Position numbers and translations under genes: made by a program | Source: Gammaproteobacteria bacterium | Lineage (GTDB): Bacteria; Pseudomonadota; Gammaproteobacteria; Ga0077536 | Direction: 5' to 3' | NCBI GenBank assembly: GCA_963662545.2 | Contig: CAXXLL010000002.1 | Span: 224,001 to 288,000, forward strand | DNA length: 64,000 nt | The notes under the pieces: model-generated | The model's input: only the letters and a program-made list of their open reading frames with translations | What the model was told of the DNA's origin: nothing | The model's database searches: none | Shown: positions 31,088 to 41,306 of the stretch, in pieces | How the letters are laid out: each line of letters begins with the position of its first letter | Position numbering within the stretch: position 1 is the stretch's first letter

Positions 31088-31322
31088 GCGGCGTCGTTCT
31101 CCGTCCCCGCGGGACTTTGGCCATGATCCCGCCATCGGTCCCCTGGGCGCCAAAAGCTCGAAATGGCGCACATCCATAATCGTAAGTTTTCGTTTCGCAT
31201 TGAATATTCGTGATAAATTACAAGATTCCCGATTGGCGTAAGGGTTCTCATCGTATATCTTTGTGGTTATCTAACAGAAGTTGTTTCCGGCGGATCAACC
31301 GTGGCGGGAGCAGAGGAGATCA

Positions 31323-31583
31323 ATGATGAAGCAGAAGATGAAACAACTCGGTCAGGGCATGACGGAGTACATCATAATTGTCGCGTTGATAGCGATCGCC
31401 GCGATCGCGATTTATGGCCTTTTCGGCGACACCATCCGCGGGCAAATGGGTATCATGACCGAGGAGCTGGCGGGTGGTGCCGGAGACCGTGGAGCCGTTG
31501 ACGACGCTGAGGGTGCCGTTTCGGACGCGGAAGGCGTGGGAACCCTCGGCAACTATGAGACTACCGGATCAGGGAGCAACTAA
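31323..31583 (+). CDS. flp: Flp-type major pilin
   Basis: GQGMTEYIIIVALIAIAAI prepilin motif; GAGGAG RBS. Confidence 0.92.
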   Translation: MMKQKMKQLGQGMTEYIIIVALIAIAAIAIYGLFGDTIRGQMGIMTEELAGGAGDRGAVDDAEGAVSDAEGVGTLGNYETTGSGSN

Positions 31584-31670
31584 GCGTAACGAAAGGTGCT
31601 GCGACAAGTGCAGCGCCATGAAAGTCCCACCTTGAACCGGTCCGGCGCCCTCAGGCGCCGCGCCAAACCT

Positions 31671-33737
31671 ATGACGCGTCAACGCGGCCTTCGCGGGCAG
31701 GCTGCGGTCATGACGATGATGTTCGGCGTCGTCCTCGTCCTCGTCGCCTTAACGCTCTTTCGCACCGGTCGCATCACCAGCGACAAGATGGAGATGCAGA
31801 ACGCGGCGGACGCCATCGCCTACAGCATGTCGACGATCGAAGCCCGCGACCTCAATTTCGCTGCTTATACCAACCGCGCCATCGTCGCCAACGAAGTCGC
31901 CATGGGCCAGGCGCTAGGTATGGCGTCCTGGGCCCATCACTGGGAATCGATCGGCGATTTCCTGCAGGAATACGACACTTACCTGGCCACACCCACGCTC
32001 GGAATTTCGACGACGATCATAACGCCAATGGCGACGGGCTTTAGGACCACGGGCACCGTGTTCATGACGATCATGGACGCGTATGCCAAAGTCATGACCG
32101 CCGTCAATACGAACGTAAATCTGGCGTACGGCATCGCACAGCAGATCTACCATCTCGCGGCCGTGGTCAATACGCTCGGCGTGATCGACGAGATGATCCA
32201 GAAAAACGCGCCCGATAACACGCAGATGTCGGGTTACGGCGTCCTCATGCTGTTGGCGCATCTCGGTACCTATGGCGGGCTGCCGCTGCCCGGCGTGATC
32301 ACCAGTCAAGATGCCTTCGCGCCGTTCACGAAGTCTTACAACCCCACGAGCAAGGAAACGAAGGAAGATTGGCAGGCCGACACCGCGGGCGAAACGGATG
32401 CCGGCGGTTATGGCCGTCTCGCCGCCATCATTCAGGATTCGGGCGACCCCTTCACCAAGGGCCGGCAGAACCCACCCTACCACGACAATCCGGATTACAC
32501 GGGCCGCGGCTGGGAGATCAACTTATTCAAGAAGATGGAAGAGGCCGGCTTGTTGCCGGCACCTATCTCACTAGGCGTCGAAGGACCGCCAGTCAGCGGC
32601 TATATGCGTTTCGGCGTCTGGCCTGACGGTTGGCTGGGCTTCGAGATGGGGGGCGGTTTCGATACCCCGATCGGCGGATTCAGCATCGACTATTACATCA
32701 AGATCCAATTCACCATGAAGCGTGAGGGCGGCAGCGAGCTACGCGCGGTCATGCCGGTCACCGGTAATCCTCAAGTGGGCGGTACCAGTTTCGCCTGGTC
32801 GAGTGCGGATGCGACCAATTTCGAACTCGGCTTCGCGGGTGGCGGCGGGTTCGAGGCCTGGATCACCATCCCCATCATCGATCAGGATATCACTATCATC
32901 GACATCGGTTTCGATATCCTTGTGGACAACGACCACATGTTCATCGGCTTCAGTTTCGGCGGCAGCGAGTCGGGCTGTCATACAACGCAAGACGAAGACG
33001 GTAACGACGTGGAATCCTGCGAGACGGTCGCGGGTGACGCCGATGTCTCGATCTACGACGGCCCGTTCCCGAACACGGCACCCATAGGCGCGGCGTTCGT
33101 GCAATCGGGTTCGACTGCCAATAAAATTACCACCCCTCATCTGGTTACCGAGGCCACCGGCGGGCCGGTCTCCGAGGACTCTTACGGCAAGGCCGCGGCG
33201 CGGCTGCTCGCTAGGTATTACCCCACCGGCCCCCAGGCTACCGGCATCGTGTTCCAGCCCTCGGACCCTCGCTATACCGATGTCGTCTCGACCAGCCATA
33301 AGGGCCTGCCGAGATATATCGATACCACGGGGAGCGAACCGCTGGCGAAAATGGGCGGCCCCTTACTAATCGTCGGCTTGCAAATGGGCGAAGACGATTT
33401 CGATACCGCGCACTACGATGATCACGGCGGCGCCGAACCGGCCGGGCAGTTCACACTGGACGAGGCGTTCGGGGCAGGCGACATGACCGCGATCGCGAAG
33501 TCGGAGGTGTACTTCGATCGACCGCTGGATCGGTTCGTCGACTATTTCGCGCGCAGCGACGGCCACGTCGAGCACGGCAGCGCGTTCAATCCGTACTGGC
33601 AGGCGCGCCTGATCGAGACCAGCCATGCCGATCGCGTCCTCGCGCTGCTGGTCGAGCACGGCGAGGTCGCGCAGACGATCACCTTCGGAGAGGATATCGA
33701 CAGCCTCGTGGACTGGCTGGCGGGCCTTTTGCCTTGA
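31671..33737 (+). CDS. TadG-like pilus protein / putative tip adhesin
   Basis: RGQA + TM, QNAADAIAYS, ARDLNFAAYTNRAIVANEV, C-terminal AKSEVYF...FNPYWQARL. Confidence 0.82.
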   Translation: MTRQRGLRGQAAVMTMMFGVVLVLVALTLFRTGRITSDKMEMQNAADAIAYSMSTIEARDLNFAAYTNRAIVANEVAMGQALGMASWAHHWESIGDFLQEYDTYLATPTLGISTTIITPMATGFRTTGTVFMTIMDAYAKVMTAVNTNVNLAYGIAQQIYHLAAVVNTLGVIDEMIQKNAPDNTQMSGYGVLMLLAHLGTYGGLPLPGVITSQDAFAPFTKSYNPTSKETKEDWQADTAGETDAGGYGRLAAIIQDSGDPFTKGRQNPPYHDNPDYTGRGWEINLFKKMEEAGLLPAPISLGVEGPPVSGYMRFGVWPDGWLGFEMGGGFDTPIGGFSIDYYIKIQFTMKREGGSELRAVMPVTGNPQVGGTSFAWSSADATNFELGFAGGGGFEAWITIPIIDQDITIIDIGFDILVDNDHMFIGFSFGGSESGCHTTQDEDGNDVESCETVAGDADVSIYDGPFPNTAPIGAAFVQSGSTANKITTPHLVTEATGGPVSEDSYGKAAARLLARYYPTGPQATGIVFQPSDPRYTDVVSTSHKGLPRYIDTTGSEPLAKMGGPLLIVGLQMGEDDFDTAHYDDHGGAEPAGQFTLDEAFGAGDMTAIAKSEVYFDRPLDRFVDYFARSDGHVEHGSAFNPYWQARLIETSHADRVLALLVEHGEVAQTITFGEDIDSLVDWLAGLLP

Positions 33738-33738
33738 G

Positions 33739-34893
33739 ATGAGTACGGGCGCTGGACAGGGGCATTTCGAACGCGGTCAGGCGATGACCGAGTTCGTGAT
33801 CGCGGCCACCTTCGTGTTGGTGCCCCTGTTCATATTCGTGCCGATGCTCGGCAAGTATATCGATTTCAAACACGCCGCGATCCAGGCGGCGCGCTACCAG
33901 GCGTGGGAGTACACCGTGTGGTACGAGGACACCGATGACCGCGACATCCTGGACAATTTCGATTCGGGCATTGCGAACTATCTCCACCCCGAGAAAACGG
34001 TGCCTGACACCCGCAACGAATCGCGGATCAGGATGATGTCGACGGTTGGCAACGAACTGACAGGGACTCCGGGAGATACCACCCCCGGCGCGATTCGATA
34101 CATACAATCGAGCGACGCGGGTGAGGACTATACGCCAAATGCTATATGGACCGATCATCGGGGACTCCCATTCTTCGCTGACGGCGACATGACGATCAAC
34201 GCGGTGAATACCGATGACGATACGCCCACGATCACCATATTTGGCGTCGATGTCGGCTCCGTGTTGAGCGCCATCGTCGACGTCGTGCAGTCCGGCTTCA
34301 ATGCCATCGCCAAGCTCCTCAATCCCGACGACACTGCGGCCGCGGCCGGATTCTCGGCCATGCATACCGACGGCTTTTCGCATGTCGACTTCGACGCCGA
34401 AATCACCGTACCGCAGAACGTGATCTTTTTGAGAGACGAACTCGGCGAAGCGGCAGATACGTCCACGCGGACCCTGGGGTTCAACGCCAAGGCCGGCGTG
34501 CTGGCGGCGGGCTGGAATGCGGGCGGTACGGACCACACCTATCTCCAAGTCAGTGGCACGACCCCGTCGACCCTGGTCAACGCCTTGCTCAATCTGCCCC
34601 TGCTCGACGAAGTCTGGACCGCGATCAGCTTCATCGCGCCCGAGCTGTCCCGTTGTTATTCGGGCTCAGCCACGCCCATATCGCCGCTGGCCGCGCCCGA
34701 TGGGCACCTGTGGCTCGGCTATGTGGATGGCGACGTGGTGCACGTGGATCGCCTCTCCGAGCTGGGCGGGGATCCGGACGACCGCCTTGGCAACCATGCT
34801 TGCGACGACGCCGGTCGCTGCATCTGGGACGACGACGCATGGGCCGATTGGGCCCCCGACCCGCCGTTGGGGCATTCGGATTGCATACCGTGA
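33739..34893 (+). CDS. TadE/TadF-like pseudopilin (large)
   Basis: RGQAMTEF + TM, AARYQAWE. Confidence 0.8.
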   Translation: MSTGAGQGHFERGQAMTEFVIAATFVLVPLFIFVPMLGKYIDFKHAAIQAARYQAWEYTVWYEDTDDRDILDNFDSGIANYLHPEKTVPDTRNESRIRMMSTVGNELTGTPGDTTPGAIRYIQSSDAGEDYTPNAIWTDHRGLPFFADGDMTINAVNTDDDTPTITIFGVDVGSVLSAIVDVVQSGFNAIAKLLNPDDTAAAAGFSAMHTDGFSHVDFDAEITVPQNVIFLRDELGEAADTSTRTLGFNAKAGVLAAGWNAGGTDHTYLQVSGTTPSTLVNALLNLPLLDEVWTAISFIAPELSRCYSGSATPISPLAAPDGHLWLGYVDGDVVHVDRLSELGGDPDDRLGNHACDDAGRCIWDDDAWADWAPDPPLGHSDCIP

Positions 34894-35606
34894 TGCATAA
34901 GGTGCACGTCATGGCGCGTCGGCAGTTATTGGTACTTGCGATAACTTGTTTCGCGAATTTCGCCGCTAGCGCGCGACCGCCGGATTTTCCCGCACCCGAC
35001 GACGCCGACGTCAGTCAGGTCGCGCGCTCCATGACCATCAACGGCCGTACGATGTCGGTACGCGCTTTCGTCGCCGACGATACGGTCGAGGAAGTCGTCG
35101 ATTTTTATAAGGAAATGTGGCAAGACCCGCCGGTCAAGGGCGCGCCGGGCTTCGCCTACGAACCGGAGGTGCTCGCGCCCTGGCACCTCGTCACCCGTGT
35201 TGAGGACGGTTACGTGCTCACCGTGCAGGTGCAGGCGGCGAGTCCCACCAGCTCGCGCGGCTATCTTGCGACGGGACTGCTGCCCGAACCGGGCGAACCG
35301 CCGCCGTCGGCGCCGGAGCCGACCGCCATGCGAGGGAGCACCGTGCTTTCCAATGTTACGAGCGAAGACCCCGGCAAGTCGGCGCAGACGGTCATGTTGG
35401 CCAATGAGTTTTCGGTCGACAGCAACGTTAATTTCTATCGCAATCAGTACAGCGGCTGGCGTACCGATATCGACCAAAAACTCGCCAGCGACAAGTATCA
35501 TGCTTTGAGTTTCACCCGCGGTCGCCGGCAGGTGCAGATCACCATTCAATCGAGTCGTGACGGGGCGCATATAGTGTTAAACTCTGTTGAACACGATCTG
35601 CTGTAG
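34893..35606 (+). CDS. Secreted hypothetical protein of the Tad locus
   Basis: Signal peptide; translationally coupled (TGATG) between pseudopilin genes. Confidence 0.75.
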   Translation: MHKVHVMARRQLLVLAITCFANFAASARPPDFPAPDDADVSQVARSMTINGRTMSVRAFVADDTVEEVVDFYKEMWQDPPVKGAPGFAYEPEVLAPWHLVTRVEDGYVLTVQVQAASPTSSRGYLATGLLPEPGEPPPSAPEPTAMRGSTVLSNVTSEDPGKSAQTVMLANEFSVDSNVNFYRNQYSGWRTDIDQKLASDKYHALSFTRGRRQVQITIQSSRDGAHIVLNSVEHDLL

Positions 35607-35914
35607 AGCCTTGATGAGTAACCGATTTTATTCTTCCCGCCCAACCGCCATATGGCGGGTAGCGGGCCAGGCCATGGTCGAATACACGATAGTGCTCGCA
35701 TTCGGGGTGATGGTGCTGTACGGGCCGGGCGGGGACGTCATCGAAGAACTCGAAGAAGTGTTTAGAAACAATTACCGCGGTTATTCGTATGCGATGTCGC
35801 TGTCGGCCCTGCCGGATTTCGGCAACGGCGAGGAATACCGGAACTACATCGAGGATTTGCAGCTCGACCCGGCACTCGACGACGCCACCCTTGACCGTCT
35901 GGCCGTCGATCCGG

Positions 35915-37300
35915 GAGTTATTGTCAAAAGTGGTGTTCAGGCGGTTGAATCAAGCGGCGACCTGATTGACCCTTGTCACCTCGATACCATCTTCAAATTT
36001 AACTCCAGTAATCACCTTGGCCAGGTAGTCGAATCCACGTAGGCGTCGCCAATTCTTCTGCGCACACCGCCCCAGCTTGAACATCATATGGAGCATGCCG
36101 TCCCGAGAGAGACCGCCCTTGGAGCGCCGGGTCCGGTGCCGGATCGTAGCGAAGGTGGATTCAATCGGATTGCTCGTGCGAATGCTTTGCCAATGTGGTG
36201 CCGGAAAATCATAGAACGCCAGCAACTCCTCACGGTCTTTCTGTAGGCACAGGGTCGCCTTGGGATACTTCGGTTCATAGGTCTTGAGGAACAGCTCGAA
36301 CGCCTTCTCGGCGTCGGCCTTTGTCGCGGCCTGCCAGATCGCGTGCAGGGCTTGCTTGGCTTTGGCCTGTGCCGACTTCGGTAGGCAGTTCAGCACGTTC
36401 ATCGTCTTGTGCATCCAGCAGCGTTGCTGGCGGGTCTCACCGTAGACTTCCTCCAGTGCGGCCCAGAAGCCCATGGCACCGTCCCCGATCGCCAGCTTGG
36501 GAATATTCATCCCGCGTGACTTCAATTTCAGCAACACCTCGCGCCAGCTCTGCGTGGACTCCCGCACACCATCCTCCATCGCCAAAAAACGCTTCTCGCC
36601 TCGCTCATTGACGCCGATCACCACCAACGCACACAGCTTCGTGTGCTCCGCCCGCAGGCCACTGTAGACACCGTCCGCCCACACCTACACCCAGCGGTCT
36701 TGGTCCAATCGCCCCTCGCACCAGTCGCGGTATTCTTGCGCCCACACCTGCTTCAAGCGCGACACGGTGCTCGCCGACAGGCCCTTCGCCTGCGGCCCCA
36801 ACAAAACTTCCAGCGCAGCGCCCATTTCGCCACTGGAAACGCCCTTCAAATACAGCCACGGCACGGCCGCCTCCAAGGTTCTTGTCTTGCGCACATACGG
36901 CGGCACCAGCGCTGAACGGAAGGTCACCGGCTCGCCGAGCTTCGAACGAACCTTCGGGATCCTCACCGTCACCGGCCCCAAGCCCGTCTGCAACTGGCGT
37001 TCCGGCAAATAGCCGTTGCGAACCACACCTGCTTTGTCGTCCGCCGTGCGATGTCCTGAATACTGCGCCATATATTCTGCCAGCTCGATTTCAACCGCTC
37101 GTTCAATCAGAGCCCGAGCACCGTTTCTCAAGACCTCCGTCAACGGATCTGGTATTCCTTCTCGACCTGATAATTCAACAACCTTACTCTCTCTCATGGT
37201 GGCGTATCCTCTTTGGTTGGCTTGCTGCTTGGTAACAACATTTCAACCAGATACGCCGCCTTTATTCAATTCGCTCAAACACCAGATTCAGTTATAACTC
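35915..37300 (-). mobile_element. IS256-family element (1386 bp)
   Basis: Imperfect terminal IRs GAGTTAT...TGGTGTT. 9-bp target duplication TCGATCCGG at 35906-35914 and 37301-37309. Confidence 0.93.
35950..37197 (-). pseudogene. IS256 transposase with premature TAG (36685-36687)
   Basis: VRNGY, YLKGVS, WV*VWADG, GDGAMGFW, QRCWMHK, SNPIES. Confidence 0.9.
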
Positions 37301-37585
37301 TCGATCCGGTTCAGGAGGCGATCTCGAGCGCGCTCGAGCCGTATGCGGATGTAACGAGCGGCCTTAGTGACATCAGTGGCTTGATTGGGGACCCGGCTAC
37401 GATCATGTCCGATCTCGCTGAAGAAATGCTCTCGGATGCGATTAATATCACACCGTTCTGATTTGATTGATTTAGGTGAGCTGAACGCCGTTCTGATGGT
37501 TTTAAAGAGGCCTTAGAGCCGCCGGCACCCGGTCCGGCATCAGAGCGAAAACTTCACCCAGCCTGAAGGGGAGGACTCGACTGGC

Positions 37586-39319
37586 ATGGCCGCTGATCCC
37601 GAACGCAAAAGTGCATTTGGCATACCCTTACTCGTGGGCGCGGTCGGCTTCGGCCTCGTGGCCGCCTTGTTGTCTTTCGTTTACCTGAAAAGTGAAGCCA
37701 GGGCGCTGATCGAGAAATACGCCGGCCCCGATCGAAAACAAGTGTCGGTACTCGTCACCGCGCAGGACGTGCGAAAAGGATCGGTGCTCCGGCGAGAGCT
37801 GATTTCGCAACGTAAGATCCCGGCGCGCTTCGCCCATGGTGATGCGATACGCGCCGCTGATTTCGAGCGCTATCTCGGCCGCGTTGTCGAGGTCAATATC
37901 GCGGCCGGCAAGCCGATACTCAAGAGCTTTCTCGATGATAAGTTTCCGGTCGATTTCTCGGATACGATTCCGATCGGACGCCGCGCAATGACGGTGCAGG
38001 TTGACGAAGTCAATTCGGTGGGGGGATTCATTCGTCCCGGCAACACCATTGATTTATACGTCAACATTCCGTCCGGCTTTTCCGGCTTTTCCGCTGGCTT
38101 CATCACCGCCGATCTGGTCGACGTGATACCCGCACAGCTGCTCGATGCAATTCCGCCCGCGCTGCTCGACGCGGCGCTGAGCGCGAATCCCGACGACGCC
38201 ACGGTTCAATCACTCGTGGCCAATGCCATGCCTAAGGACGTGATTCTCCCGGTCCTTCAAAACGTGCGTGTTTTGGCCACCGGACGCGATGCTTATCGTG
38301 AACAGCTCGATGCGCTGCGCTATCCGCAGCGGCGCAGCGAACGAACGTTCAACACGCTGACCCTCGATTTGTCGCCGCGAGAAGCGGCGCTGATAACAGC
38401 GGCGGTCGACAAAGGCGATCTCCTGGCAATCCTCCGTAATCGCGAAGACGAGGGTTCGGCCGATTTTTCGACGGTGGCAGCCCAGGATCTATTCAGCAAC
38501 GCCTTCGAGATGGCGCAAGCCGAAGCCGAACGCCGTACGCGCGTCAGCGCGGCCGCCGGCGTCGATATCGATGGCAATCTCATAGACGCGGATGGCAATA
38601 GGCTCATGAGCGCCGAGCAACTCGCGGCGGCCGGTCTGCACGTGAACGAAAACGGCGAATTGGTCGACGCGGATGGCAATGTGGTCGATCCCAACGACCT
38701 CGTGGTCACAGCCGACGGTCGCGTACTGAACAAGAAGCAGCTCGCCGCCGCCGGCTTCACGGTCAACGCCAGCGGTCAGATCGTCGACGCCGACGGCAAC
38801 ATCGTGTCGGCGGACGATATCGTCATCACCGCGAGCGGCGAAGTGCTGACCAAACAGCAATTGGCGGCCGCCGGACTCAGCGTTAACGAGAATGGCGAGA
38901 TCGTCGATGCCAGTGGCCGGGTCGTCGATAGCTCGCAGCTCGTGATAACCGCAGACGGCAAGATCCTCACTACCGAGCAACTGGCTGCGGCTGGTTTGAG
39001 CGTTAACGAAAACGGCGAGATCGTCGACGCCGACGGCAATGTCGTCGACCCCGACAGCCTGATCGTATCGGCCGCTGGCGAACTGCTGTCGAGGGAGCAG
39101 CTCGCCGCAGCCGGTTTGAGCGTCAACGAGAAGGGTGAGATCGTCGATGCCGACGGCAACGTGGTTGATCCGAGCACCCTGGTCCTCGATGAGAACGGCA
39201 ATGTCGTCAAGGCCGAAGACCTGATTGCGGCCGGCAGACCTCATCGCATCGACATGATTATCGGCGGCGCGAGTGAAGACGGCGTCGCGAAGTCGACCAC
39301 GCTCCAGGTGACCGATTAG
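37586..39319 (+). CDS. cpaB: Flp pilus assembly protein CpaB/RcpC with C-terminal repeats
   Basis: N-terminal TM, SAF-like region, GRRAMTVQVDEVNSVGGFIRPG, LQNVRVLATG, LRN. Confidence 0.88.
   Translation: MAADPERKSAFGIPLLVGAVGFGLVAALLSFVYLKSEARALIEKYAGPDRKQVSVLVTAQDVRKGSVLRRELISQRKIPARFAHGDAIRAADFERYLGRVVEVNIAAGKPILKSFLDDKFPVDFSDTIPIGRRAMTVQVDEVNSVGGFIRPGNTIDLYVNIPSGFSGFSAGFITADLVDVIPAQLLDAIPPALLDAALSANPDDATVQSLVANAMPKDVILPVLQNVRVLATGRDAYREQLDALRYPQRRSERTFNTLTLDLSPREAALITAAVDKGDLLAILRNREDEGSADFSTVAAQDLFSNAFEMAQAEAERRTRVSAAAGVDIDGNLIDADGNRLMSAEQLAAAGLHVNENGELVDADGNVVDPNDLVVTADGRVLNKKQLAAAGFTVNASGQIVDADGNIVSADDIVITASGEVLTKQQLAAAGLSVNENGEIVDASGRVVDSSQLVITADGKILTTEQLAAAGLSVNENGEIVDADGNVVDPDSLIVSAAGELLSREQLAAAGLSVNEKGEIVDADGNVVDPSTLVLDENGNVVKAEDLIAAGRPHRIDMIIGGASEDGVAKSTTLQVTD
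38621..39235 (+). repeat. Five 120-bp (40-aa) coding tandem repeats in cpaB
   Basis: LAAAG units start at 38621, 38741, 38861, 38981 and 39101; partial LIAAG at 39221. Confidence 0.9.
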
Positions 39320-39331
39320 CGGCGGGTTTCA

Positions 39332-39616
39332 ATGGCTGCTTTATTCGTTAATCCAATTGGTCGCGGTAGATACAGATGGATTTTAGTCATGACGCTTTGG
39401 ATGTTCGCGGCCGCGGCCGAAGAGAATATGGGCGCCGCCGCGGGCAAGGCACAAGCGCAGGATACGGAATTCGATGCCGAAACATCGCTCATTACCTCCG
39501 GCGACGTGACGACATCCGGCCGCCGGGCCACCGACGGCCCTTCGGTCGAATACATTACCGGTGGTAACAGTACGGACGGGGCGGCCAAGGTCGGACGACT
39601 GCCGGTTATCGATTGA
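39332..39616 (+). CDS. Small exported hypothetical protein resembling the CpaB C-terminal tail
   Basis: Hydrophobic signal-like segment; ends VEYITGGNSTDGAAKVGRLPVID. Confidence 0.6.
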   Translation: MAALFVNPIGRGRYRWILVMTLWMFAAAAEENMGAAAGKAQAQDTEFDAETSLITSGDVTTSGRRATDGPSVEYITGGNSTDGAAKVGRLPVID

Positions 39617-39680
39617 TTGCTGAGGGGGAAACGACTTGAACTGTACGGTGAACGGATCGGGCGTTCGGAGATTCGAACCT

Positions 39681-41222
39681 ATGATTAGCATGCACTTTGG
39701 GGTAAAGAATCGCTGCGGCGCAAACAAGGTTTTGATGGCGCTGTCGGTGGCTTTGGTGTTGATCTTTTCGGGGCTGAGCTCAGCATGGGCGGCGACTGTC
39801 AACATCAAAGTTGGCGAAGTCAAGATCATGAAGCCCGGGGACATCGAGCGCGTTGCTGTCGGCAACACGGGATTCATGGGCACTTCCTTACTCAAAAACG
39901 GTCAGTTATTGCTTTTTGGAGAGTCACCCGGCGCGACGACCTTGCATTTGTGGCTCAAGAACGGACAGGAACTCGACTACGAGATTTACGTCGACGAGGC
40001 GGCATACGCTCAAACGGTAAATAGCGGCGTACTCCGGCAAAAATTCACAGAGATCGATGCGCTCATCGGCGACGTACTGGGCCTCGAAATGTCGATCGTC
40101 GGCCCCAAGATCGTCTTGTCCGGACATTACGTCAACACCGTGGTTATCGACGCCGTCAAAGCAAATTATGCGGATGTCATTCTCGATCTGTCCTTATCGA
40201 CCAAATTGAGCGAAGTGCAGCAACTGCTGGAACACGTTCCCGGTATAGAACTTCGCGTCGTGGGCGACCGCATTGTGATTCACGGCGTCATCGGTACAAC
40301 CTTCGTCGACACGATCGCGACGGTAGCGGCCGCGTACCCGGAGATCATGGACCTCACCCGCCTGAAAGACGAGGAATCAGTCGATGACAAGATGGTCTTG
40401 ATGAACGTCAAGATCACCGAATTCAACCGGGCGGCGTCGGATAGTCTGGGCATTAACTGGACCACCAATTTCGCCGGTCCCGCGGGCGCCTTTGCCCACG
40501 AAGTCGGCCTCGGCGGCAGGCGGGGGGATGGCGTGACCATACTCGGCGCTCCGGGTACGCCAACGAGCATCGCGGGTGTCGATGTCGCCCAGGTTCAACC
40601 TTCGTTCGGTTATTTCGGTATCGCCACGGAGATCGCCTCGCGGATCAACGTCGCAGTCAGCTCCGGGGACGCCTTGATCCTCGCCGAACCGAGATTGATC
40701 GCCCGCAGCGGGGGTGAGGCGAGTTTCCTCGCGGGCGGGGAAGTGCCGATCGAAATCGTCACGCCCACCAGCGCATCGATCGAATTCAAGGAGTTCGGTA
40801 TCTTGATGAACATCAGCCCGCGAGTGGACGCCTATGACAACATCCGTGCGACCGTCGAGACTGAGATCAGTGCGGTCGACCAATCCGTGTCGGTCGGCAA
40901 CACGCCGGGCTTTCTGACCCGGCGCACCTCGGCTGACGTTCTCCTGCGATCCGGCGAGACCCTGGTGATGTCGGGCCTGGTCGATCGGGAACTTGGCAGG
41001 GACGTATCGGCCGTCAAAGGGCTGGGGGCCATCCCGATCCTCGGCGCCTTATTTCGCTCGCGGGATTTTCGCGACTCGATCACCGATTTGGTGATCTTCG
41101 TAACACCGCTTATCTACGATGCTTCGCATCAGCAAAATATTGAGGACGTCGCCCGCGAACAGCAAAGAACAGGCGCTTTCATTGAATCGATGCGTGGGTC
41201 GACATTTAAATTGCTCGACTAG
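39681..41222 (+). CDS. cpaC: Tad secretin CpaC/RcpA
   Basis: IERVAVGN, LAEPRLIARSGGEASFLAGGEVPI, EFKEFGI, LGAIPILGALFRS, LVIFVTP. Confidence 0.93.
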   Translation: MISMHFGVKNRCGANKVLMALSVALVLIFSGLSSAWAATVNIKVGEVKIMKPGDIERVAVGNTGFMGTSLLKNGQLLLFGESPGATTLHLWLKNGQELDYEIYVDEAAYAQTVNSGVLRQKFTEIDALIGDVLGLEMSIVGPKIVLSGHYVNTVVIDAVKANYADVILDLSLSTKLSEVQQLLEHVPGIELRVVGDRIVIHGVIGTTFVDTIATVAAAYPEIMDLTRLKDEESVDDKMVLMNVKITEFNRAASDSLGINWTTNFAGPAGAFAHEVGLGGRRGDGVTILGAPGTPTSIAGVDVAQVQPSFGYFGIATEIASRINVAVSSGDALILAEPRLIARSGGEASFLAGGEVPIEIVTPTSASIEFKEFGILMNISPRVDAYDNIRATVETEISAVDQSVSVGNTPGFLTRRTSADVLLRSGETLVMSGLVDRELGRDVSAVKGLGAIPILGALFRSRDFRDSITDLVIFVTPLIYDASHQQNIEDVAREQQRTGAFIESMRGSTFKLLD

Positions 41223-41306
41223 ATAGGATCTTTATGTAACAAAAATTACGAATCATTCCCGCTGCTGCGCGGTAAAATTGACCCAAGCCCACAGAGTTAA
41301 TAACTT

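Larger units (their letters stand above)
35614..37461 (+). pseudogene. Flp-like minor pilin interrupted by IS256
   Basis: GQAMVEY + TM. Removing the IS and one target-duplication copy restores ...LAVDPVQEAISS...NITPF* (150 aa). Confidence 0.88.

Noticed and set aside
31232-31250. Sigma54 promoter upstream of flp (TTGGCGTAAGGGTTCT)
   Set aside because: The -12 GC dinucleotide is missing.
31644-31661. Hairpin CGGCGCC-CTCA-GGCGCCG after flp as an intrinsic terminator
   Set aside because: No U-tract follows; it may stabilise pilin mRNA but cannot be supported as a terminator.
22107-36687. Amber recoding or pyrrolysine read-through at two in-frame TAGs
   Set aside because: TAG is the normal stop of intact genes here (cpaB, cpaC, paralogues 2 and 3), and the two sites correspond to different expected residues (Trp, Tyr).
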